The position numbers and the translations under genes were made by a program. The notes beneath the pieces were generated by a model. That model searched no databases, had not been told where the DNA came from, and saw only the letters and a list, made by a program, of their open reading frames with translations. Of a stretch of 64,000 nt of DNA, positions 1 to 12,785 are shown piece by piece; position 1 is the stretch's first letter; each line of letters opens with the position of its first letter. This DNA comes from Octopus vulgaris (Eukaryota), in the NCBI GenBank assembly GCA_951406725.2, contig OX597825.1:59210001-59274000 (forward strand). Direction: 5' to 3'.

Positions 1-333
1 AGGAGCAGGGTGAGTGCACATATAATGTTTGATGGCAGAAAATGAGAAAAGGAATGCTACTCACAAACACACGAGAGGAGGGGGGAAGAGAAGGAGTAAA
101 TGACTGAACAGTTATGGGAGGGAAGTTATACAAATGAGAAGTTTGTTATATTTAATTACATTTTAAGGTAATAAATATTTCAGCTTGAAAATTAATATTC
201 ATTTCACCATTTTGTATATATAAGCATCAAGAAATTTGATGTTAAAATTTATAATTAAAAATTATAATTATTATATTGTTAAAAATTATAATTATTATAT
301 TGCATGCTATAATTCTTGATATTACTCATAATT

Positions 334-526
334 CTAGATGTGATTGGTGAAGATCTCTAGAGGCTCAACATCACCTTGGAGGATGCAGAGAGGCTGGCAT
401 AGGAAAGCCAGTGATGGAGAGCACTTGTAGATTTGGTCGGCTCTATGCATGATGATGTCTCTGAGACCACTAACCTGGGATAACCCCATCCTTATCGAGC
501 AAGAGCACAAAGCAAGCAAGCAAGTA
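334..526 (+). mobile_element. 3' end of an RTE-clade LINE (decayed ORF C-terminus plus short (CAAG)n tail)
   Basis: Reads LDVIGEDL*RLNITLEDAERLA*ESQ*WRALV, matching the RTE C-terminal pattern D.I.EDL..L....A.DR..WR.LV; ends in agcaagcaagcaag. Confidence 0.65.
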
Positions 527-951
527 TCCATAATTGCAAAAGTATATTTCTAAAGTTGCTAGTCTTATGCCTGGGTAACACTCTAGAAACAATAATCTCT
601 CACCAGGTTTGCGGACGGATATTAGAAACAGGGTATAAACTATACTAAATAGGGTATAAACTGAAAAAAAAAAGTGCTAAAATAAATGTCTGTCAGTAAG
701 TGCCCTCATAAGATGAATCTGTGACACTCTTGAGTAGTGGTTCTTGACCAGGGTCCAATGGCCCTTGGGGTTCACATAAGATTTTGCTATTAAAATTTAT
801 GTGCAATAAATCGGTTACATCAGATGTTCTTACAAAAATTGGAAGCATATATGGTTGTTATTTTAAGGCATCTACAGATTGTAAAGACCTGTCTAAACTA
901 ACTGTACTTTATTTACATTATTTACATTTGACAGATATTTGTCCTCATCTT

Positions 952-995
952 ACACAACGTTTCGGCTGATATACAATCCAGCCTTCATCAGGTGT
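952..995 (-). ncRNA. Minimal type I hammerhead ribozyme motif (Penelope-like element remnant, about 898-1057)
   Basis: Minus strand reads ACAC-CTGATGA-A-GGCTG(gattgtatat)CAGCC-GAAA-CG-TT-GTGT: intact core boxes, stem II, 4-bp stem I, palindromic AACGTT stem III region. Confidence 0.7.
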
Positions 996-1054
996 CTTAT
1001 GGACATTTTGAACCTGGGGTCTCATTCCTAAGGTAATTTTCAATGTTATTATTA

Positions 1055-1443
1055 TTAGTCAACACACACACTGACACACCATTTTGCTGTCATGGCCGTA
1101 AAGACAGAAAGTTGCCGATGCGTAATGTTGTTGACATTAGGATATAATTGTAAGCGAAAGACTAAAAGTGAAACAATATTATAGTCTTATTCCATTAGAA
1201 TTAAAAGTGAAGTAATATTATATCACATTACAATATAGATGTTATTCTTTCACTTTTGACGTGTAATACCAAACCAGTACCAATATTGAATTTGTCTTAA
1301 TGAAAAAATAAATTACATGTTGACACTCATGGGGTCTGACACTATTACTATGTAAAATTTGATTTGATTTGGTTGAACCATTTGAGAATGAATTTGGGAA
1401 GAGACAGACAGAGAGACAAAGAATTTTATATATTTATATAGAT
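1055..1443 (-). mobile_element. Probable old non-autonomous Helitron
   Basis: Minus strand starts TCTATATAAATATATAAAATT...TCTGTCTGTC, the same style of 5' end as the clear Helitron at 34552; the 3' end is degenerate (CTAA rather than CTAG). Confidence 0.4.
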
Positions 1444-1850
1444 AGATGAGTGAAATTCTAAGATTTGTTTTTTTAACATTTGGTGACAGCTGACAAGGAA
1501 TTTAGATAGATATAAGGGTGGAAGTAAATGTGACAGAGTAAGAAAACTGAGAAGGAGATAGAACTGAGGGTAAATAGGGAGAAAGAAGAGTAGAAATACA
1601 AAAGAAAAGGGAGAAGAGAATGGGAAGAATATGGAAATATATCAATAATAGGGGAGGGAGAGGGTAGAGATAGAGCTATGAGAAAGAAATAAAAGTAGGA
1701 AGTAAGAAATTAATTGATTGCAAACAGTAGGTGTAATGGCATAATTTGAAATGTGTATGGCATAATTACTCACATAAAGATTACATTTTGGTCTGTTAAT
1801 CAGGCAATATAGGTTCAATTGTGACAGGGCAATTTTCATTTGTGTGTGTT

Positions 1851-2238
1851 TACTCTTTTACTTGTTTCAGTTATTTGGCTGTGGCCATGCTGGAGCACCG
1901 CCTTTAGTTGAGCAAATTGACCCCAGGACTTATTCTTTGTAAGCCTAGTACTTATTCTATCGGTCTCTTTTGCCGAACCACTAAGTTACGGGGATGTAAA
2001 CACATCAGCATTGGTTGTCAAGTGATGCTGGGGGAACAAACACAGACACAGAAACATATACACACACACATATATACATATATATGACAGGCTTCTTTCA
2101 GTTTCCGTCTACCAAATCCACTCAAAAGGCTTTGGTCGGCCCGAGGCTATAGTAGAAGACACTTGCCCAAGGTGCCACGCAGTGGGATTGAACCCGGAAC
2201 CATGTGGTTGGTAAGCAAGCTACTTACCACACAGCCAG
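1851..2238 (-). mobile_element. SINE family B (tRNA head, CORE-like CCTTGGGCAAGT, internal TA/TG microsatellite, 3' body), full length
   Basis: Head TGGCTGTGTGGTAAG...GGTTCAATCCC (A/B boxes); many near-identical copies elsewhere in the window (36868, 38096, 59261). Confidence 0.9.
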
Positions 2239-2269
2239 TTGCATAACATTATCATTTCAAATTTATTTA

Positions 2270-2990
2270 TTTATAACCTTCAAGGATTTCGCTAATTCTC
2301 ACAAGGTTACATACGACTTCAATGCTAACACTTTCACAAACATCATCATTCAGGGAGATTTTGATATCTTCAAAAGGGTTTTGAAATGGCACATAAGATA
2401 GACAAGGGTGAAACAATATCTTAAGAAAGGGACACTGTCTAATCCTAAATGGCCCACATTAACATACATTTCACTAAGCCATTAGCAACAGCCCTTCTGT
2501 TTTCAACCAGATGGCAACCAATTTTCCAACATTCCACAGATTCATCACAACACACACACATATACATACATATATACACAAACTGCAATGTCAAAAGTGA
2601 AAATACTTTTGTGAACTTCTACAGGAACAAGAGCTTAATTTCCACCAAGAAATGGAATCAGGTTTATTGGAATTCAGCTGTTCCACACTAGACAACATTG
2701 AATTTGGAATGTATACATTCCACAAAATAATCATAGATGCATCTAAAAACCACATCTCAAATCAACAAAAAGAAAAAACACAATCCCAATTAGACACCCG
2801 AAACTGCGCCAACCTCACAAAAACTAGAGAACGAAAACTTAAACACGATACAGCAAAACCAGACGCAAACGAAATAAAACTCTGCATCAAACAACTGAAT
2901 AAGGAACTAACATGTAAAATAAACAGAAAATTAGCGAAAATATCCAACAAAGAACATAAAACTAGTAACAACAACAACAAAGGTCATACC
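2270..2990 (+). pseudogene. Decayed A-rich LINE ORF2 fragment (APE endonuclease to linker)
   Basis: NIIIQGDFDI resembles the APE GDFN motif; downstream FHKIIIDASKNHIS plus a K/N-rich helical linker (ORF 2652-3101); stops and frameshifts between them. Confidence 0.4.
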
Positions 2991-3352
2991 ACACCCAAAG
3001 TTCCAACACCAAACTCAAAAAACATATCTACGTGGCAACCGCAAGCATCACGTGATGTTGAGACATGGAGATACAAATATACACACACACACACACACTA
3101 ACACACAAAAGCACCTATGCCAGTGCCGTGTAAAAGACACCGGGTACACTCTGTAAAATGATTGGAATTAGGAAGGGCATCTAGCTGTAGAAGCCAAGCC
3201 AAATCAGACTGGAACCTGGTGCAGTTCTTCAAACCATCCAACCCATGCCAGCATGGAAAACAGATGTTACAGGATGATAATGATGATTAAATATATATGT
3301 ACATATATATATATATATATACACACACACATACACATATTTTTATATACAA

Positions 3353-3382
<30 letters not shown>

Positions 3383-3384
<2 letters not shown>

Positions 3385-3880
3385 CATCATCGTTTAACGT
3401 CCGCTTTCCATGCTAGCATGGATTGGACGATTTGACTGAAGTCTGGCGAACCAGATGGCTGCACCAGGCTTCAATCTTGATCTGGCAGAGTTTCTACAGC
3501 TAGATGCCCTTCCTAATGCCAACCACTCCACGAGTGTAGTGGGTCCTTTTATGTGCCACCGGCATGGGGCCAATCGGGCGGTACTGGCAACGACCTCGCT
3601 CAAATCTTTTACACATGCCACTGGCACAGGTGCCAGTAAGGTGATGTTGGTAACGATCATGCTCAAATGGTGTCTTATATCATCATCATCGTTTAACGTC
3701 CGTTTTCCGCACTAGCACGGGTTGGACGGTTCGACCAGGGTCTGGGAAGCCAGGGGCTGCACCAGGCTCCAGTCTGATCTGGCAATGTTTCTACAGCTGG
3801 ATGCCCTTCCTAACGCCAACCACTCCGTGAGTGTAGTGGGTGCTTTTTACGTGCCACCTGCACAGGTGCCAGGCGAGGCT
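3383..3880 (-). mobile_element. Two adjacent 5'-truncated RTE 3'-UTR copies (family E, (GAT)n tail)
   Basis: Both carry GTTGGCRTTAGGAAGGGCATCYAGCTGTAGAAAC and end CGTTAAACGATGATGA on the minus strand; same sequence as the RTE 3' UTR at 41374-41851. Confidence 0.85.
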
Positions 3881-4065
3881 GATATATATATATATATATA
3901 TATACCAATATAGTTGAGGTGTGTTCTGTTAAGAACGTATTAGAGTACAAATAGAGCTTGTTCACCCTTAGAATTCCCAAAAAGCTGGTAGTATTCTTAT
4001 GGTATGCTACCAATTCTAGTCTTAGGTATTCCTCGTGTGTGAAAATAAAAAGTAAAAAATAAAAG

Positions 4066-4318
4066 AGTCAAAAGTAAGAGTAAGTACAGTTAGGCAGCTT
4101 TTTAATCACTACAAATGTTTCGATACATACAGATCCTCGTATATACAGGATTTAAAGTTAAGTTTAAATTAAATTATTTAATGATTTACCTGTCTAAGAA
4201 GATCCATATGTATCTCCTCAGGCGATACTCAGTTCCTGTCTCCGTAAGTAAATTTAGATGTTCATGCTATAACATCCATGGCTTCTTCTTTGTATATGTA
4301 AGCATATATGTATCTTTG

Positions 4319-4375
<57 letters not shown>

Positions 4376-4506
4376 GTATGTATGTATATGTTACATCATT
4401 TAATTTAAGCTTAACTTTAAATCCTGTATATACAAGTATCTGTACCTATCAAAACATATGTAGTGATTAAAAAGCTGCCTAACCATAATTACTCTTCCTT
4501 TTGACT
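4066..4506. repeat. Imperfect inverted repeat, arms about 109 bp (4066-4174 and 4398-4506)
   Basis: ttaggcagctttttaatcactaca...tatatacaggatttaaagttaag is the reverse complement of cttaactttaaatcctgtatatac...tgtagtgattaaaaagctgcctaa. Confidence 0.9.
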
Positions 4507-4516
4507 TTTACTTTTT

Positions 4517-4520
4517 ATAT

Positions 4521-4555
<35 letters not shown>

Positions 4556-5120
4556 CATACTCACACACATACATATACATACATACACACACACAAATAT
4601 ATACATACATACACACACACACATATATATATATACATACACACATATATATACATACACACATATATATACATATACACACATATATATACATACACAC
4701 ATATATATACATACACACATATATATATACATACACACATATATATATACATACACACATATATATATACATACACACATATATATACACATACACACAT
4801 ATATATACATATATATATATATATACATACACATATATATACATATACATACACATATATATACATATGCATATATATACACATACATATATATACATAT
4901 ACATACACATATATATACATATGCATATATATACACATACATACTCATATATACATATATATACCTACGCATATATATATATACACATACATGCACATAT
5001 ACATACATATATATATACATACACATGCATATATATATATACATATATATATATACACACATACATATATACACACATACATATACATATATACACACAC
5101 ATATACACACACATACATAT

Positions 5121-5151
<31 letters not shown>

Positions 5152-5170
5152 AACATACATATATATATAT
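4517..5170. repeat. Compound (TA)/(CA) microsatellite, about 650 bp
   Basis: Read directly from the sequence; source of the YIYIHT/VYVCI ORFs. Confidence 0.98.
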
Positions 5171-5704
5171 TTTTTTTGTGGCAAAATTTGAAGCCATTAT
5201 AATTACTATTAGAAATAGTAGCAAGGTGGAAAACTTGTTAGTATGTTAATTTTTAAAAATTTTTCTTTTGTTTTGTTTTGTGCCATTTCTTCCAGCTGCT
5301 TATGTTTCGAGTTCAAATTCCACCAAAACTGATTTTGCCTTTCATCCTTTCAGAACTGATAAAAATAGAACCAGTTGAGCAGTGGGGTTGATGTAATTGA
5401 CCTGTCTCTTTCCCCCTAATTTCAGGCCTTGTACCTATCATAGAAAGGATTATTATTATTATTAATGATGGTGGTGGTAATGTGGAAGTGAGCTGGTAGA
5501 ATCAGGACAGTTGTAGACCAAATGTCTTGCAGTGATATTTAGTTACATCATGAGTTCAAATTTCATCAAGGGCCAACATTGTCTTTCATTCATCTTTTAA
5601 AGTAGGAGAGATGAAAGTGAGAGCAGAATTGATGAAGTGAAGTATGAACATTTGATTCAATCATCTACAGCACTCTACCATCCCACAAATATGCAAATAT
5701 CTAA

Positions 5705-6468
5705 CCATGTGTTCATGTCACGCAACCTTGTGCCCATGTCACATGGCCATGTAACCTAGTACCCATATCACATGGCCATGTAACCTTGTGCCCATGTCAC
5801 ATGGCCATGCAACCTTGTGCTCATGTCACAGGCCATGCAACCTTGTGCTCATGTCACAGGCCATGTAATCTTGTGCTCATGTCACAGGCCATGCAACCTT
5901 GTGCTCATGTCACAGGCCATGTAACCTTGTGCTCATATCACAGGCCATGTAACCTTGTGCTCATGTCACAGGCCATGCAACCTTGCGCTGATGTCACAGG
6001 CCATGTAATCCTGTGCTCACGTCACAGGCCATGTAACCATGTGCTCATATCACAGGCCATGTAACCTTGTGCTCATGTCACAGGCCATGCAACCTTGTGC
6101 TGATGTCACAGGCCATGTAATCCTGTGCTCACGTCACAGGCCATGCAACCTTGTGCTCATGTCACAGGCCATGCAACCTTGTGCTCATGTCACAGGCCAT
6201 GTAATCCTGTGCTCACGTCACAGGCCATGTAACCTTGTGCTCATGTCACAGGCCATGTAACCTTGTGCTCATGTCACAGGCCATGTAACCTTGTGCTCAT
6301 GTCACAGGCCATGTAATCTTGTGCTCATGTCACTGGCCATGTAACCTTGTGCTCATATCACAGGCCATGTAACCTTGTGCTCATGTCACAGGCCATGCAA
6401 CCTTGTGCTGATGTCACAGGCCATGTCATCCTGTGCTCACGTCATAGACTATGTAACCTTGTGCTCAT
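5705..6468. repeat. 28-bp minisatellite, about 27 copies (CCATGTAACCTTGTGCTCATGTCACAGG)
   Basis: AACCTTGTGC recurs at 5811, 5839 and onward with period 28. Confidence 0.97.
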
Positions 6469-7543
6469 TCTAAAGTCATGATCACAAAAGCAAAAATAGG
6501 AACAAAATGTCCAATTTTGAAAGGAAATGTCTGCAAGATACTGTGATGCTTTCTCCAGGATTGCTGCACCTGTTTTAGGTAGAATTACAAAGTAAGAAAC
6601 TCAATGATTAAGGAAACAGAGGATATGGTGTTTGTTTGCATAACACACACAGTTATATATACATATATATATATATACACATAGTCATGCATATAGAGGC
6701 TTGAAAATATAACACTTAAAAGGAAACTGCTATAGTATTGCTGTAATCAGAGACATGGTTTTGTACATCTGAGTGAGAATGTGTGAAGTGTAATAGTGAG
6801 GCAATGATGATGATGATGATCTAATCTAGAACTTCAGAGTTAGAAAAATTAATCAAGCAGGAAAGAAATCATATAGTGTGTGTGTAAGCAAATATATGTG
6901 CATACACACATATTAAGGATTCTCACTTGCAGAATAGATATATAGCTATCAATGTCTAGAGAATCATGTATTGAAACTGCTTTGACCTTCCCTCATTAAC
7001 TGGCAAAAAAGTATGATCTTGCTTGTATCCTGTCCTGAATATTTTACCTGCTGTCTGTTCTTAATTTTTCTTTCATTTGATAGTGATACTACACAGTTTT
7101 TTTTTAGTCTACTTTAACACAAATTTCTCAGTGACCATCTCTAATCTTCTTGTCCTATCTCTCACCATTTTTATCCCAGCTTTCCTTATTACTTTTATCT
7201 TTTCTCTCCTGCCTCCTTTTTTCTGTTCATTTCTAAATTTCTCAAAGAAGGAATCCAATCCAAGGCCAGATGTCTCTTCTGGAGATTGGCACAAATGAAT
7301 GTCACATAGACTAACCTCTATTTTAACAGGTAAAATGGCCTTAAAACATTTATTGCTAGTATCTCTAGAAAGAGTTGATAGCTAGTGCTTGAAGGCCTCT
7401 CAAAATGTTTATTGATGATGTCTCTACAAGAAGTTCACAGCACTTGAAGGACTCTCTCAAGGTAGTTGATAACTAATGCATGATGTGTCCAATGGCTTCC
7501 TTTACCTCATTCTGAAAACATGATAGCCTGAGTTAAAAGGGAG

Positions 7544-7850
7544 CAGAAAAATTTAGGGCTGTTACCTCTGATGGTATCAAAAAGATCCTATCTCCGAGTA
7601 GCGAGCAGATTGTATGATGCATTTGAAAGGAGAGCAAAGTTGCATGGTAGCAAACTATTGACACAGAATGCAGAGGATGTACAAAAGCTGGATGGCTTTG
7701 GTTGAACATGTAATGTAAGTGTGGATGAACAACAGAGCACAACTTAAGCTGAAAGGAAAACTGGGCACAAGAGAAATCAAATGTTGTGTAGAAAGAAGGG
7801 AGGAGACTGAGCTGATTCAAACATGTGATGTGTATGAAAGACAGCAAAAC
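7544..7850 (+). pseudogene. Decayed RTE LINE ORF fragment (post-RT domain)
   Basis: With frameshifts reads LLPLMVSKRSYLRVASRLYDAF..AKLHGS..NAEDVQKL..TCNVSVDEQQST..KLGTREI..RRLS*FKHVMCM, matching RTE LYxA..LLYGSETW..RRLRWFGHVxRM. Confidence 0.75.
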
Positions 7851-10229
7851 CAAATGGAAGACATAGAAATAAGTGAAGGCTGAACTTCATAAAGAGGTTA
7901 AAAAGGGAGTGTAACAGGTTTCAAGATTGTGCAGGTGAAAACATGTACAACCCGTAAAACTGTTGGGAAATAGATGTAAAATGATAAGGGTGTAATACAC
8001 ACACTCAGAAAGAATACAGACAGTGTGAATGAATGCAACAAGGATTCTTTGCTGATTAATCATCATTATTTTATGCCTGCTTTCTTTGCTAGCATGGGTT
8101 GGACAAAAATTTACACCTCACAAGATAGGTTAATATATATACACATACAAATATTCACAAAGATTTATATATAGACAAACACTCATACACATATATTTAC
8201 AGATATACACATATATTTAGGCAGATAGGTATACAAGCAGACAGAAAAGAGAGAGAGAGAGAGGATAGGAGAGAGGTATTAAGGAGTGTTGGTTGCATAG
8301 CAATATCAAAATATCTAAAATTGCCTAAAGCTATCTTTATGGTAAAAAAATGGAAATTTAAGGATGTGAAACAATTTTCTGCAACAAATTGCTTTAAAAA
8401 ATGCATAAATAAAGAGAAGATACTATAGGGTTTAGTGCCAGATAAAGAGAATTTTACTTTCAAGTGATGTGTTAATGATAACACAACTCTTTATGTTAAC
8501 TGTTGTTTGTTAACAATTTGCAGATTGATGAAACTTTCAAAGAACCAGGAAAGAGTAAATTACTTATTCACTGGATTAGTGATATTATTTAGCTTTAGGT
8601 CAGCAGTCAAGCCAATCCAGCCATGACCATTCTTTTTGTTTTCGCATCAAAGACTACATTATCAAATGTATCTGTCCTTTTCCCTAGTAAGGCATGATTT
8701 GAGGGAGATTTGTTTGCTATCTTTAGCAGGCAGAATTACCACCTAGAAGCCCCATTGAGGTTGCTTGTTATTACATCCACTTTTTCCATGTTAGCATAGG
8801 TTAGATGGATTATATTACTGAGGTGTTGTTTTGCAGCTAGATGCTCTTCCTGCCACTAACTCTTCACTGCTTTTCAAGAATATCTTATTCCATACACTTT
8901 TGAATGAGTAAAAGCCATAAAAATCCATTGACAAAGGAAATGACAGCAATATCACATCCATAGCCAAGTAAGTCACAGAAGCACAAAAGTAAAGCCAGAC
9001 ACACACGCAACAGGCTTCTTTTAGTTTCCATTCAAACAAGTGTACTATACCTGCTATGGTTTGTCCCCTTAGTTACCTATATAACACAAACAGCACTACA
9101 GAGATTTATCCAGCTTTCTGGACCCTATTTTCATGCTTAAAGAAACTTAAACACCGATGTGTGTCTAGATGATTGACTCCAGTACTTGACAGCTGCTTTG
9201 CTTTATTTTATTTGCTCCAGGAGGCTGTGAGTCACAGATGGCTTCAATTAGGATTTGAACTCAGAACAAGATCTATAAATACCAAAACATACGCCTGACA
9301 CTAACAATGCTGTCAATACATCATTTACAATGGAGAGATAGGTAGCCTCACTTTGTTTGTTGTTACCATTGTAAATAAAGTGCGTAATTCTTCATCTAAA
9401 AAATATAGATTTGAATCCTGTCAATATACAGTGAAAATCAAGGTGGTGAGATTGGCAGAATTGTTAACAAACCGGGCAAAATGTTTAGCGGCATTTTGTT
9501 AATCTTTACGTTCAAATTCTGCTACGGTTGACTTTGCTCTTCATCCTTTTGGGATTGATAAAATAAGTACCAGTTGAGCACAGGGATTGGTGAAATTGAC
9601 TTACCCACCTCACCTGAAAATACTGACCATGGGCCAAAATTAGAAGCCATTATACTGTGAAAATCTATTTGGGAAAGTGGATGATACAGAGGTTGAACCC
9701 TGGGAAGAGCAGGAACTGTTGTAGTAGTACTGGAAGAGACAGAGAAAGCAGACACAGAGTGCTCAAGGAGCTAGATGATCTTTTATTAGAGGTAGTAAAG
9801 AATGTTTGTGATGGAACAGCATACTATTATATATAAGCAATAAGTGTAGATAGCGAACTGGCAGAATTGTTAGCACACAGGACAAAATGCTTAGCAATAT
9901 TTCATCCATCTTTCCATTCTGAGTTCAAATTCTGCCGAGATCAACTTTGCCTCAATCTAATCGACTTACTTGGCTGTGTGCCAAAATTTGAAATCAATAT
10001 GTAAGCAATAAGCCAATTTAGGCTAGACTTCCAGCAGTTCAAGAACAAGTCCTTGTAGATATAAAAAGAATTGGCTACTAAACTTCTTTAGTTCCAAGTA
10101 AGACTTGATTGAGTAACCCAATGACGAAAGGAATTCCAGCTGTGATCGTTCCATCCAAACCCATTTTTTTAGGGATTTCTACAACATTGTCAGATGTCAG
10201 CTTTCTTTTCTTGAACACTGACAAGTCCT

Positions 10230-10616
10230 TTAATCCCTTAGGGGTCCTTGGGATGCTGCAGCCATGCAGTCAGTCTAGGACAAGAAAGCCTGGTGGAGCC
10301 CATCCCTCTCCAGGCTAAACTCATTTCTACAGCTGAGTGGACTGGAGCAATGTGAAATGAAGTGCTTTGCTCCTAGAACACAACAGATCGCCAGGTCCAG
10401 AGATTGAAACCACAATCTTAGTCATGAATCCAACACCGTAATCACTAAGCGATGCGCCTCCACAAGTGGTACTCATTTCTACAGCTGAGTGGACTGGATT
10501 AACATGAAGTGAAGTGTTTTACTCAAGAACACAATGCATCACCCGGTCCAGGAATCAAAACCACAATCTTACGATCATGAGTCCAACACCCTAACCACAA
10601 AGCCACACACTTCCAC
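10230..10616 (-). mobile_element. tRNA-headed SINE with duplicated 5' half (related to families C and G)
   Basis: ctcatttctacagctgagtggactgga...aagaacacaa...ggtccag...aaaccacaatctta occurs twice (10320-10462 and 10472-10616). Confidence 0.75.
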
Positions 10617-10789
10617 TTGAACATGGCAGTGTGTAATTTGAAGGATACTGACTGCTACTTCTAGCAAGTTAAGCACACCTTGTAGAGGCACCTTTCTTGA
10701 GTCAACCATTTTGGTAGATGATGAAAGCAAACCAGTTTTAAAAGTGAGAATAACACATTAGACAAGATGACTACTTATGAGTACCCCTC

Positions 10790-11235
10790 ATTCATTGGAC
10801 AATAAACTTTGCTCATGAAGACCTATTGAGGCAAGTGAAATCAAATCAAAATCACTGACGTAGCTGATGACAGTACTGCCTGATTGGCACTTGTGGCAGT
10901 GGAACATTAAAAGCATAACCGAGCATGATCATTGCCAGGGCCACGGATTGGCTCCCGTGCCAGTGGCACATAAAAAGCACCATTTGAGTGTGATTGTTGC
11001 CAGCGTCACCTTACCGGCACATTTGAGCATGATTGTTGCCAGAACCGCCTGACTGGCCTTTGTGCCGGTGGCATGTAAAAGCACCCACTACACTCTCAGA
11101 GAGGTTGGCGTTAGGAAGGGCATCTAGCTGTAGAAACCTTGCTAGATCAGATTGAGCCTGGTGCAGCCTCCTGGTTAACCAGTCCTCAGTCAAAATGTCT
11201 AACCCATTAAAAGTACCAAAATGTCTAACCCATTT
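10790..11235 (+). mobile_element. RTE 3'-UTR copy (family E, long form)
   Basis: gaagacctattgaggcaagt, internal TGCCRGTGGCA repeats and the GGAAGGGCATC block, collinear with 41374-41851. Confidence 0.85.
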
Positions 11236-11944
11236 CAACAGCACTGACTTCTTACATACTCTTACATAACCAAGCAAGACTACTTCTCAGATGGCACCGT
11301 TACTCACAAGAACTTAGGTCTTTGGCATGTTTTCCCCCTCAAGGCTTTTGTACTTAAAGACACGCTTCAAGATTCTGGAACTTTCATTGCTAGCTCTGGG
11401 ACGATTTCTGTTATGAGAATCAGGTCAGTAGCATTTATTATGGTTTCAACAAACAAGCAGTTATGTGCTCTAATGTTATACTCTCAACAGCCATAATGAT
11501 AGTGGACACTCAGCCCCACACCCAACCTTTATAAATATGTGACACAAAATGAAAAGGTTACCAGATATTTTCAGAAGATACAAAAAAGATAACATGGCCC
11601 TTGAACAAGGTCACACTTTGAACAAATTCACAAATGTTTATAAAGCTATAATCTAATCCTTGAAACCTGATATCTGTCAAGATCTTACACATTAGGTCAT
11701 CACATGTGTTAAGAGAATACACAGGAATGTGACACAGAATAATTTTAGACAGTAACCATAGTGATAACATAAAGGGGATTGTACAATAATTGGGATAACG
11801 ATTGTTGTTTGTTGTCAAGTTGTACTGGACACTTCTGCCTGGGTAAAGATTAGCACAAAAATAATCAAATTCTTTATCATTTAATCATTTTTTTTATTAT
11901 TTTTATTTTTACCACAACCTTCTTTAATGTGAAACTCAACGAAT

Positions 11945-12155
11945 ATTGGTTTCAAATTTGGGCACAAGGCCAGCAGTTTCTAGGGAGAGGGTAAGTCAAT
12001 AAAAATCAGTCAACTGATTACTTATTTTATTGACTCCAAAAGAATGAAAAGCAAAGTCGACCTTGGCAGAATTTGATCTCAGAATGTAAAGATAGATGAA
12101 ACGCTGCTAAGCATTTTGCCTGGTGTGCTAATGATTCTGCCAGCTTGCCGCCTTA
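11945..12155 (-). mobile_element. SINE family A copy
   Basis: Reverse complement of GGCGGCAAGCTGGCAGAATC..GAGATCAAATTCTGCCAAGGTCGACTTTGC.. Confidence 0.85.
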
Positions 12156-12414
12156 GACTCATTAATATTGTCAATGTTTTTTTATAGACATAGACATCGT
12201 GCATAGTTAAGAAGTTTGCAAAGGCACTTTATTTCATGTAGCTCCATTCTACTCAGCTGAAAATAACTACCAGAAGCAGCTAGGAGTTAACCCTCTGGTG
12301 GACTGGTGTCTCACCCAGGAGAGTGTCTTGTACTCTTAGTCACTCATACAGTTAGGAAATTGATATAAGGTTTGGTCCAACAAACCTATAGGCTGGAGAA
12401 GAGACATTTCAACT

Positions 12415-12563
12415 TTAGGTGTGGTTAGAAGTTTGTTTCCAAAACACATGATCCTGGTTTCAGTCCCACCACTTGATACCATGGGCAAGTCTCTTCTACT
12501 CTAGCCCTGGGCCAACCAAAACCTTGTGGTGTAGATTCTATAGACAGAAACTGAAAGTAACTT

Positions 12564-12596
<33 letters not shown>

Positions 12597-12785
12597 CCAT
12601 TTGACAACCAGTCTTGGTTTCTTTATGCTTTCACAATTTAGCGGTTCAACAAAAAGAGACCTACAGAATAAGTGCTAGACTTGAAGAAAAATAAGTGCTC
12701 GTGTCAGCTGGTTCAACCAAATCCTTCAAGGTGTTACCTCTGCATAGCAACAGTCTAATGACTGAAACAAATAAAAGATAAAGAT
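12415..12785 (+). mobile_element. SINE family B copy (diverged)
   Basis: Head, catgggcaagt, (TG)n and 3' body ending gactgaaacaaataaaaga. Confidence 0.8.

Noticed and set aside
1-15. Donor-like CAGG|GTGAGT at the window start
   Set aside because: The upstream exon is not visible, so it cannot be supported.
2652-3101. 149-aa ORF as a host gene
   Set aside because: Extreme A-rich strand bias and an upstream GDFD motif point to a decayed LINE; it ends in a CA repeat.
4501-5249. Long ORFs of 125-238 aa (YIYIHT/VYVCI)
   Set aside because: Translations of a TA/CA microsatellite, open in many frames; the same applies to ORFs at 20106, 35016, 40874 and 45267.
5705-6468. CRISPR-like array
   Set aside because: Contiguous 28-bp units with no unique spacers, eukaryotic context and no cas genes.
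7109-7325. Lys/Arg-rich minus-strand ORF
   Set aside because: Purine-rich low complexity with no motif I can assign confidently.
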